Source of the DNA: Styela clava
Lineage: Eukaryota
Direction of reading: 5' to 3'
Length of the DNA stretch: 64,000 bases
Assembly: GCF_964204865.1 (NCBI RefSeq)
Contig: NC_135256.1
Span: 23,560,001-23,624,000, forward strand
A model generated the notes under the pieces. The model saw only the letters and a program-made list of their open reading frames with translations, did not search any database and was not told where the DNA came from. Shown piece after piece: positions 12,255-23,929 of the stretch; positions within the stretch are counted from its first letter, which is position 1; each line of letters begins with the position of its first letter. The position numbers and the translations under genes are program-made.

Positions 12255-14655
12255 TAAGTCGTTTTATCCTCTTTTCTCTGCCATGAGAGTTGAGGGCCAT
12301 AAAGCAAGGATGCTGCACGAACCGTCCAAGCCAGACACTAAAACATTGGAAGAATATTTTTACGCAAAATGATCAGACTAGGAATTTAATTGTAAGTGCC
12401 AAATCGCGAAAACATTTTTGAAAAAGTTCAAAATTTTTGCAATGACTGCTGTACTGGTACTAGAATATGATGTAGCCTATGTAATGTTATGCGTGTTTAA
12501 ATGTAAACAGTAAATGAAACAGTACCGGTATCTGCATAATAATTAAACAGTGTAAAGGAGACGGACCGGTACATGTTCAAGATCTTACTGGACTAAGACA
12601 CAGATGTGCGACATGCCGACCGCGACCGGTGTCTGTCCATAACCAGACACGGTGCCTGAATCGAAACCAGTATCGTAACTTCCAGACTTCTCAGGCGGTC
12701 AGTCTTAGTCCTGTTAGGCGTGGACACCTTACTGCCTTGTACTTGCAGCATTAGAAAACCACGGCATCCAGCAGGCAAATCCATACCCAACGACTTGTTC
12801 TAGCTAGACAAACATCGCCGGCTGAAAGTCTCGTGACTTTTGGCAATCAAGTTAGCCTGCAACAGGCCTGCACAACATACCCGGCCCGCGAAACCTTTTA
12901 TTGGGGCCCTTGAAATGGTTTCAGGGGATACCGGTATTATTAGGGCTAAAGAAATTGGCTTTTTAGCAATATATGTTTGTGTATTTGTATTGTAATGTGA
13001 GTGTCTGATACAATTGTGTGTATGTGCGTAAAACGAGAATCTACGGCGCGTGCGTGTTTGACCAAGAACTCTCGATTAGTCCAACAACTGGTGGTTAGAC
13101 AAGCATTTTCGCTTTCAGTTTATTTGACAGCAGTTAGTTTGTTGTGTATAGGCCGCGAGCCGAGGCCCTGAAAAACGCCTAGAAAGTGAGTTTCGTAGCG
13201 CACATCAGGTAACTACCTGCGCCAGATTGGTACTGTAATGATTATTATGCTGTTTTCTGTTATTGTTGTGCGCACGTTCTTGATTACGTGATCTGTAGTT
13301 GTGTAAATTTGTTTACGACAATACATTCGAGTCTCGGCTTCTGTTGGAGCAATGACATTAAACAACATGATAGGCAACTCTGACGTCACTCCATAAGACT
13401 ACAGGCGAAAGATTGTATTTCATGATACGCTCCAATGCACATATTTCTCGTCGCCTTTCGCGACCGTTTTCTGCTCGCTTTTGCTACTCGGCGTCTTCTT
13501 TACGTGTAGTACCTGCCTTTTTGCGCCTGTAACGAAAGAAAATAATCTCTAAATCTAAGAAGTTTCGCTCACTTGGAAAGCTGGAATGGCAGACAAGCTG
13601 TGAAGAGTAATTCTGGACATCATAGACGTTTTTTTATCAGAGAAGATTACAAACGCGATAGCGTAAAGATTTGTGTGGAACATTTTGCAGATAATGACAA
13701 AGTTCAAAGTTAGTAATTTTAATGTTTGCGCTTAAACATTGAAATTTCATTTAAAGAGGGTGTCATACAAAACAGCAAAACTGTTTTTACTTCTATTGAC
13801 GGTGCTGTGGTACATTTCCATAACACAAAGTTCGCACCTATCGAACTTGCTTTAGTAGGTGAATTCATTAGACATATTACATATTCAGTTAATCGTAGGT
13901 AACATTGCTGGTACATAATGCCTCGTAGATAGGTTTGTGTCTAAATTTAGGAATTCAGCTCATAGCCCACTAATTAATATTATATTCCATGCAGGAGGTT
14001 GCAGGGCTGAATTCAACTTGCAGCCTTACCGATCACCTGACGATGCTCATTTAGTTTGGCTCGAGAAAGTCTTCTTGAAAGACTTGTGTGAATGGGAACT
14101 ACCTATATGTTTTGCCTTCCTCCGATTTTAGGAGACAAATTTATTCTGAGGGATTTCGCATATAATTCTCATTGATTGTTGGCTGTTTATAAATCCTATT
14201 AATTGTGAATTCTGATTATAACAAAGAGTTAAAAATATTTTTACGTAATTTACTGGCACCTTTTTGTGTCAATACTCCAAGCTGAGGTAATAAACAAGAC
14301 AAAACATTTATGTCATCTGGAAGCAAAATATGCACACTAATTAAATGTTTGACACATTGAGATAATACACCATGACAGAAAATACAAGTTAAAGATATAT
14401 ATGACCATCACATGGTAATTAAAAAAAAACTAATAGGGGCTGTGGAGTATGAAAAGTTCAAGACGAAGAAAAGAACAAAAATTCATAGCTCATGAACTCT
14501 CGATTTTGCCTCCATTGCTTTGTGAAGGCCAATATATTTCGAGTGGCTGAATTGGTTTACCTTTATGATAGCAACGATTTTGTATCTAATATAGCGAGAT
14601 CTTTTTCAATTTAATTGAAGTGATATTATTTCCCAAAGCAATGTCTAGAATAGAT

Positions 14656-16081
14656 CAGTGATGTCAAACTCATGGGTTTTCGAGAGCCGCATTGCATTTT
14701 GGAAATTGTAAAAAGGGCCGCAAACAGTTTTTGATCATGTATACTTGAAAGATAGTTTTAGTTTGTGACATATATTGTGATGCAACTAAACAGTGGGATT
14801 AAGTTTTATTATTTTCTTTAATTTCAAATGCAAATACATATTAATATTTGCATTCCACTATTATTGCAAGTTACTGTATTTATTACAAAAAATCATAAAA
14901 TTCTATGTACAACCATCAAAATCATTTTTGAACAAGCTTTGGATAAGGAAAGAATAATACTTAATCTAAATATATGGACCTAAAATTAACAAAAATACTA
15001 CAGTATAAACTCAATGTTTTTTTAATTACATTTGTCCTGACGTTTGGCATCTTTTATGTGTCACCAGCATACTAAGGCCAAGCTGAAATGATTTTATAGT
15101 ACCAACTCTAACTAACGAGGTCACATGATCATGGGTTAATCCGAATCTTTGCGAATGTTTAATTAATTCCAGTAATGCAAAAAAGTTACTTTTATCATTT
15201 CATGTATAGATCAGTAAAAAAACAAATGACAGATTTTTTCGACAAGACATTTTGCGCCACATTGCGTGGCATAGGATCGCTTGCAATATTACTGATATTG
15301 ATTTTTAGTAACTAAGTCGTTGTATAATTATATCAATATACAAACACATGGAAATTTTCTGTTCGAAGTTGGTCTTCGAATTTGTCATATTGACCGCCGA
15401 GCTTATTGTGTTTTTTCATTGTACTGATGGAAATATGACAAATTAAACAATGTGCTTCAGAATTTTTGTGAAATGCAGAAATATTGCAACTCCCATTTTC
15501 TTCGAAAATGCCACCTTCTTCATGTACGTTGCGTTTAATTTAATCACTCAAGTGCAGTGTTCCCTCTAAGGTGTGCGCGCGCACACAGCTTTCAGAGGCC
15601 GCGCACACGCATAGATTTACTGCGCACAGACGTAGTTCGATGTAATGTAACAATGTGCTCGGTTGGCAGGTTGAGAAAGTTTGTTGTTGACCCATTACCC
15701 GGTTAGAACGCCAAAATTTATTCATTGGTTTTTGCACAAATATTAGTCATTTCCAAAAAAGTGCGCACACACCAAAATTTCTGCACACACATACTACAAA
15801 AATTAGAGGGAACAGTGCTCAAGTGTTTCTCATTCAAGTATTCTTTTGCTAGCTTGATGTGTATTCTTAATTGGGTCAAAATGTGAACAAAAAAAAATCA
15901 ATTTTCCAAAACTACTTTCAGTAAATTGTTTTCTGTGTGAATAATCAATTTCACTTTAAAAGGTTTGAAAAATCTATTACATTTAGATAAAAAAAAAACT
16001 TCCAAAATACTATAACAATTATTGTTAGGCGTTCGAGGGCCGCACTGGAAGTTCTCTGGGGCCGCGAGTTTGACATCCCTG
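14656..16081. mobile_element. Non-autonomous hAT (Charlie/SPIN-like) nested in the P-like element
   Basis: Ends CAGTGATGTCAAACTC / GAGTTTGACATCCCTG with subterminal GGCCGC motifs. TSD imperfect (GAATAGAT/ATCTAGAT). Confidence 0.65.
15555..15817. mobile_element. hAT MITE (innermost nested insertion)
   Basis: CAGTGTTCCCTCTAA...TTAGAGGGAACAGTG with perfect 8-bp TSD CTCAAGTG. Confidence 0.8.
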
Positions 16082-17529
16082 ATCTAGATTGAAGTTGTCC
16101 ATATATATAACAGTATTTTATCATAAATCATGATTATACCTTTTCCTGAATTTCTTCCATAGTACCACCAAAAGTTGACGAACCAAATATAACACAGGTG
16201 TAGTGAGTGACCCGTAATCCTCATTTTCCAAAGCTGTTTTAAGTATGGCTGGCGTGTTTTGTGCCTTTTTACAAATAAGACCGCTTATGCAATCTTACGC
16301 TTGGAATTTAGTTATTTTCCGCAAGCCCTTCAGGATGTGGGGGCCATACACAACTCTACCGGAGGGTCAAATGTCTTTGCATGCCTCCATAGGTTGTTCT
16401 TCTATTGCAAACATTTATGGAGTAGGGCCTACTCTAATTATATTTCTTGGAATCACACTGTCACTGATATGTCGCCAGACTTCTGATATCTCCCCTTCTG
16501 CTACAGTTGTCCTGTGAATAAATAATAGGAAATTGAGGTTAGACGAATAGTTGAAAGTTTTGCTTAAGGTCGGCTTAATTTATTGATTGAGATACTTAAT
16601 ATTTTTGCTATTACCTCTTGTGCTGCAGGAGTCTCACAATGCTTAGACAGGTTTGTCCTCTGAAGTAAGAGAGGAGATTTATTAATTTTCATTAAGAATA
16701 AATAAAGCAGTCTATATGATTTAGAATGGAAAAGCTAATAAATCCAATATCCCATGTCTATGTAAAAAATGTTTTACTGAATTTGGTATATAAACCAACT
16801 AATAAAAGGGTTTAGTCAGAAAATTACAAGCATTCGTGGCTCCAAATACTTGAGAGATCAGACTATACAATATAGACCGGTATGAGTGAAATGTTAGGTG
16901 AACTTGTTAACCCTTTGATTCAATACGCAAATAAAAGTGAATGAGCAATAGTATGTTACAGCAATGAGTATATATTCTCACTGATTAAAAAAATCTAAAT
17001 GGAGGTGCATGAACTATTTGAAAACATAAGGGGTAAGTAAATATGCAATTTCGGCAAATGGGCAACTACGTACCGTACTGAATTAATAACTTCGTAATAT
17101 TTGACAAAAGCTGACTTTCCCACATGTACTTAACAGTGCGATGCCCGGGTGTGATATACAACAATAGTATTTACCTTACCTTTTTCCAATTTCTTTCTAC
17201 TTCAACTTTACAAAATATCCAGAAAATCGACAACAACTGTCAAAGCAGGCACGAACACCATTCGTGCTATGCCTTGAAAGCAGCACACATCCGCTCGTTT
17301 TCGTCTCGTCAAGTATGTGCATTGGAGCGTGCTATCGAATACGATCTTCGGCCAAAAATGCCGGAGTTGCGCATCATGTTGTTTAATGTCATTGGTTGGA
17401 GTAACGTGTGTTTTCTGTCCTCACTTGTACAGCACTAGACAGGAGAGTTTAGTTAATTAATGGCGTGGTGGCATGCGTTGAAAACGAATTTCACGTTATC
17501 ACTTTGAAATAATCTTCAAGAGGACTGAA

Positions 17530-18420
17530 ATGGCTTCTCCTAAAGCTCCCAAACAATGGCAGCTTAGCAAGTTCGAGACTATCAACTCGTTCGAATTGTG
17601 GCGCCAGAACCTACTTTATATTCTTGCAATAGACAGCAACTTTAGTCAATTTCTCACTGTCGGATTCACCTGGGGGAAGAAAACCAAATCTTCGCCGTTA
17701 AGAGGTTTTACCGACGACAGCGAACAATTCGCAGAGGAGTCAAGAAGAACCGCTGTTCAGAAAAATACGACACTTGACCTTATGTGGGGACAAATAGCTA
17801 ATTTTTGTCCAGTCATCTCAAGAAATACGATTATTAAGAACTCAACTTCTTTGAATGACATATGGCAATCGATTCGTATGCACTATGGCTTTCACACAAC
17901 CGGGGCACATCTGTTAGACTTCGCAAATTTCAAGCTCGAAATTGATGAGCGTCCTGAAGATTTGTTCCAGCGGCCGATGGCCTTTGTTGAAGACAATCTT
18001 TCCACAAGTGGAAGTGGCATTAAACACCACGACGTTGTTTTAACCGAAGATGAAGAGATGTCACCGACACTTGAAAATTTCATTGTTCTCCAGTGGCTTG
18101 TGTTACTCCACGAAGGCTTACCCAAGCTAGTGAAACAAAAATACGGTACGGAGCTTCGTACTCGTACACTTGCGTCAATCAAGCCGGAAATTTCAGCCGC
18201 TATTGACTCTCTACTGAACGAACTAACTACCATTGAAGAAGTTAAGTTGCATGGACAACTTACAAGAGGGCCAACAATCGAAGACTTTCTGATCAAGTCG
18301 CATCTAAGAACAAACATACTCGTATCAAAGAGTGTCCATATTGCAAGCTGGCTGGTTACACTTCGAACCACTTTCTCAGCAAGTGCCCAAAGTTGCCAGA
18401 AAGGGATCGTGAATATCTAA
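17530..18420 (+). pseudogene. gag: Gypsy gag (frameshifted near 18240)
   Basis: ORF begins 65 bp after the LTR. The zinc knuckle [18 protein letters not shown] (~18330-18388) lies in a different frame, continuous with the protease ORF. Confidence 0.8.
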
Positions 18421-21400
18421 CCAGAGCAAGATATAGTCAGGCAGAGAAGCCGCATGCTGACAGCGTCGACGCAGAGGTAAGAATTTGTTCTTTTTCAAAT
18501 CTTACACACGCAAGACGCGTAGATATCAAACCAGCCCCCCTCCTAAAGATGTATTGTGGCAATCATATTGTCAGTGTCCTACTCGATACTGGGGCTGAGT
18601 CAAATTTGATATCGCATTCTTTGTCGAAAATTTTACATGTTAGCGTTACCAAAACTAAACAAAAAGTTCTTCAAGCTGATGGCACGTCGTATTTATCAAT
18701 CTTAGGTGAAACGACGATTCACCTAAGTAGGGGTAAATTATCAGTTCCTTTCAATGCCTTGGTAATAGATAACTTGGACAATGAAATTATTGCCGGAACC
18801 CCCCTTTTATGATCGACAATGATATCACATTGCGTCCTGCTAAATCTACAATCAGTTTCCATAACGGCGAGCCATTTGACATTTCCGGGTTCTCAAATTT
18901 GAAAACCAATTGTTCCACAATGCATATTGCCCGCCATACTGGAAAAACCAAAGTATTGTGGCCTGGCGAGTCCCTTAAAGTACCACTACCATTCAGTTTG
19001 TATAACGAAAGAGAACTTGCAATCGAACCTAGAGCATACCGTAATAGTATAGGCTTGAACTCCTGGATATCCCCCAGGATTGTCGAACTTGATGGTACCG
19101 ACTTATCAATTCACAACGACACCGATGAACCTAAAATTATTGGCCGCCATGACCATATAGCACAGATTTTGCCGGTGACCACAGTTTCCGAGAATCCAAA
19201 CCCTAACTTGGCTATGGCACCGTGTCAACCGAACTCACGTACAGCTCCTTATTCGGAAGAAATACTAGTAGACCCTGAAAATATTCTTTCACCACAAATA
19301 AGATCCAAATTTCGCACCTTGCATTTAAAATATGACAATACTTTTAACCCCATACCACCAGGTTATGATGGTGCTGTGGGCCGTTTTGAGGCAGTTGTAA
19401 ATATGGGACCAGTACAGCCGCCACAACGCAAGGGTCGGATTCCTCAGTACTCTCGTGATAAACTAGTAGAATTACAACATAAATTCGATGAACTTGAAAG
19501 TGCGGGAGTATTCAGACGCCCCGAAGATGTAGGCGTAACAGTAGAATATTTGAATCCATCGTTTTTGGTGAAAAAGTCCAATGGGGGTCATAGACTAGTA
19601 ACGGCTTTCGCTGATGTGGGTAGATATAGTAAGCCCCAACCATCACTTTTACCAGACGTAGATTCGTAAAATTGCCTGTTGGGAATATATAATTGTATCA
19701 GATCTGACCAGCGCCTTTTACCAAATTCCATTAAGCAAATCATCCATAAAATATTGCGGTGTTGTAACACCATTCCGAGGAGTAAGAGTATATTCTCGAA
19801 GCGCAATGGGAATGCCTGGTTCTGAGACGGCACTAGAAGAGCTCATGTGCCGGATATTGGGAGAATTTTCGAAAGAGGGTATAATTGCCAAAATAGCTGA
19901 TGACCTTTATTGCGGTGGTAATACTCCGGATGAATTATTTTCCAACTGGTCCAGAGTGCTTAAAGCTTTAACAGAGTCTGACATTTGTCTCTCACCGACA
20001 AAGACCATTATTTCTCCCAAAAACGCCACAATTCTCGACTGGGTTTGGAGTGGGGGAGTAATAAAGGCGTCTTCGCATAGAATCTCGGCACTATCTACGA
20101 CAGAGATGCCTACGAAGGTAAAAGGACTTAGATCATTTCTGGGTGCTTACCGAGTTTTATCACGTGTAATACCAAACTGCGCAACCATATTATCCGATCT
20201 ACAAAAACTTACTGATGGCCGAAAATCACAAGATGATATCATTTGGACAGACTATTCGCGTGAACGCTTTAATCAAGCGCAATCTTATTTAGCTACTAAC
20301 AAAGCAATAACTTTACCTAAACCGAGCGATTCGTTGTGGATAGTAACAGATGGTTCGGTTTCATACCCGGGAATAGGTGCATCACCAGAAATAGGAAGAC
20401 CTACCTTGCCGGATTTTTTAGCGCGAAGTTGAAATCCAGACAACTCACATGGATCCCATGTGAAATTGAAGCTTTGAGCATAGCATCAGCAATACGACAT
20501 TTTTCTCCCTACATAATCCAGTCGGGTAAACGTGTTAAAATAGTGACTGATAGCAAACCATGCGTGCAGGCATACGAGAAACTTTGTCGAGGCGAATTTT
20601 CCGCAAGTCCCAGATTATCCACTATTTTATCGTCGATCAGTCAATTCCAGGCTTCCGTACAACACATAGCTGGGTCCAAAAATCTTATTTCTGACTTTGC
20701 CAGTAGAAACGCCCCTGAATGTCTTACAAAAAATTGTCAAGTATGTTTATTCATAGGACAACTGCAGCAATGCCCCGTTATACGTGAAACCTCTGTACAT
20801 GACATTTTAGCTGGACGAACTAACATGCCTTTTACTAGTAGGTCTTCGTGGAGATCGATACAAATGGAATGCCCTGATTTACGACGGGTCCACGCTCATC
20901 TTTCCCAAGGTACAAGACCGTCGAAAAAATTGACAGACATTAATGACGTGAAAAGGTATTTAAACTTTGCCTCAATTTCACACGACGGAATTCTTATTGC
21001 CCGTCGAACTCGTCCGTTTTCGCCTCAATATAATAGGATTATAACCCCCCGACAAATATGTAGCGGCTTGTTAACTGCTCTCCACATAAAATTAGGTCAC
21101 CCAACGTCGCACCAAATGATGTCTGTTTTTAACAGATATTTTTTGCTTTGGATAGCACCAATATCATTAAACAGGTGACAAACTCTTGCCACCATTGTGC
21201 CTCGTTGAAAAAATTTGTCCATAAACCTTTGACGCAAAGCACTAGTGACCCACCAGCATCACTTGGCCGCGAATTCGCTGCCGACGTTTTTAAACGACAA
21301 GGACAACTAATTTTGGTGATAAGGGAGACCGTGTCTTCGCTAACTAAAGCAAGCCTAATTGACAATGAACAGGAAGCATCCCTGCGAGACGCTATTATAA

Positions 21401-22452
21401 CATCATGCATTGAACTTGTTCCAATGGATGGTCCACATGCAATCATTCGCACTGATGCGGCTCCCGGATTCGTCGCATTATCTAAAAATAACACTCTCTC
21501 CTCAAATCGTATGTGTATTGAAATTGGTAGAATAAAAAATATAAATAAAAACCCAGTAGGCGAAAAAGCCGTTCAAGAAGTTGAAGAGGAATTGGTCCGT
21601 ATTCTCCCTCACGGCCAATTGATTACACCTGCAACGTTGTCCATTGCTGTTGCAAAATTAAATTCCCGTATCCGTACTCGAGGTTTATCTGCTAAAGAGA
21701 TGTGGTTCCAACGTGATCAATTTACAATGAAACAATTGCCCATGGCCGACAGAGACTTAATCGCTAGCCAATACGCTTCTCGACTACTGAATCACAAATA
21801 CAGCGTGAAAACTAAATGTCCTCGATACCCTGGGTCTACACCGCAGTTGTCGGTTGGGAATCTAGTGTATCTGTACTCTGATCGAAACAAAACGCGAGCA
21901 CGAGACCGATACATTGTCGTTTCAGTAGAGGGAAGATGGTGTTACATCAGGAAATTTAAGGGTAATCAATTACGAAATCAATCTTATAAAGTAAAAGCTA
22001 GTGAATGCTACAAAGTGGACGATGAGTTCACAAATCGACCTATCAAACCACCTTTCGATATGGACGAAAATGACTGCGGCAAGGAGTATGATCTTCCCCT
22101 AACTCCTACACCACGTCATAGTTCCAATGAATCGTACAAACCAAACTCCAGCCCCATGACTCCATCTCGTCCTTCTGCGACTGTAGTCGGTCAACACGAT
22201 ATAAAAGAATCACGAGATTACCGGCAAAGAGATGTCGAAAATATTCCTAGAGACTTGCCTGTATGTGACGTCCCTATACCTGAACATGCCAACTCCGAGC
22301 CAAGTCAAGAAGTTCATCCACAAGACAATTCTGCTGGTCCAGTACCTGATTCAGCAGTTGCTGTACCATCCGATGTTCCAGAAGTGACACACCGTTTTCC
22401 AAGGCGTGAACGACGAAGACCGGCATATCTCCAAGACTATGAACTTGGTTAG
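18393..22452 (+). pseudogene. pol: Gypsy pol (protease, RT, RNase H, integrase) broken into at least 5 ORFs
   Basis: Protease LLDTGA; RT NPSFLVKK...HRLV, MGMPGS and KIADDL; RNase H VTDGS, EIEAL, TDSKP and SDFASR; integrase HHCC (LHIKLGH...CHHC) and D,D,E (FAADVF, RTDAAPGF, GEKAVQE). Confidence 0.9.
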
Positions 22453-23929
22453 GGCAGAGCATATTAATTATCACAGGCCAGAATAACGCCTTAATATGCT
22501 CTCGTGGCTTTGGTAGTCTACCCAATGCCACTAGTTAGATATCTATATCGTATGTATATAGTCATGACATATAAATCATTCGAATACAGGGGTGGAGGTG
22601 AAGGGGAGCACGCCAGATTGGTACTGTAATGATTATTATGCTGTTTTCTGTTATTGTTGTGCGCACGTTCTTGATTACGTGATCTGTAGTTATGTGAATT
22701 TGTTTACGACAATACATTCGAGTCTCGGCTTCTGTTGGAGTAACGTGTCTTTTCTGTCCTCACTTGTACAGCACTAGACAGGAGAGTTTAGTTAATTAAT
22801 GGCGCTGAAAATGATATTAAAATGTTCCTTAAAAATTTGGTAACAAATATTGCCTTGTTCCCACTTCCAAAAGTTGCACGTTTTACGGAAAAGACGCTTT
22901 TACTACAAGAAATATGTGCTACGATCTGTCCTATATTCTCTACATTTTCGGCAATGAACAATGACTTCTGCATGACGTAACAATTGAATCGACTCAGCTG
23001 TTGGCGAGCGGATGAATATTAGTTATTACTGCTCGACCTTGCGTTGAGTTGGGCAGCCTTTCCATAGCCCTGTTTAGTTATTATTAGTTAAGTTATGCTA
23101 AGACGTTGTTGAAAAATTTATAAGTAAGTTATTAAACACTTGTAGATCCTTACCACGGACATGGGCCGTGAGACGAAGCCTTGAACACGACCAGAAAATG
23201 AGTTTCGTAGCGCACATCTGGTAACTAAATAAATTTTTCAGTTTTGTGTGAAAATGAACATACTGAACTCATTACAGCTTGTTCCACAATCCTGATGCAA
23301 AATTGAATATAAAAAGGTTCCCGGAAATTCAATACCCATAAGTTTACAACACATGTATGTATGTATGTATGTTTATTAGTCTCGTAGTAGTAAGCAGTAT
23401 AAAAAATTGAAAATATTAATATTGGAGAAGGGACGCATGCACAAGACCGTACCGGCCTAAAATACAAATGTGCGACATGCACATTACATAAGAACTATGC
23501 AATTCGAAATCAGACTTCCTCAGTCAATCATGATTTATTAGGTAGATTAAGAAAAATATGGCATACATGTAACCAACAACAAAAAATACTTTAATTGTGT
23601 GACAAGAGTCGCGAGTGACTTCGAAAGCAGCGACACCAACAATGCTGATTCACATTAGCGAATAAATTTTATTTAATAACCACAAGCAATTTACAACAAG
23701 AACAGCATAAAAAGCTACATCCATTTTATAGAAGCTATCAAACGTATTTATTTTTTAGCAATGAAGTCACAAATTAACATCGTGAGCACGAAAACACAAA
23801 TAAATCAGTTATTTCTCACTTAGAAATTTACCGGAAAAGTCAAGAAAATTAAATGAATGTACAGTATGTACATAACATATTGAACAGAAATATTACAAGT
23901 AGTCTTTTTTTAGTTTATGTGGTTATGAC

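Larger units (their letters stand above)
13350..17394 (+). mobile_element. Non-autonomous P-like DNA transposon (4.0 kb) inserted in the Gypsy 5' LTR
   Basis: 22-bp perfect TIR CAATGACATTAAACAACATGAT and 7-bp TSD GTTGGAG (single copy in the intact 3' LTR). Subterminal inverted motif CGCTCCAATGCACATA. THAP-like remnant KICVEHF at ~13666-13686. Confidence 0.78.
13220..22804 (+). mobile_element. Gypsy/Ty3 LTR retrotransposon, full length, disrupted, 5' LTR interrupted
   Basis: 194-bp LTRs (13220-13349 + 17402-17465; 22611-22804) with about 3 differences. PBS TGGTGGCATGCG at 17466 and polypurine tract at ~22588-22608. Domain order gag-PR-RT-RH-IN. Confidence 0.92.
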
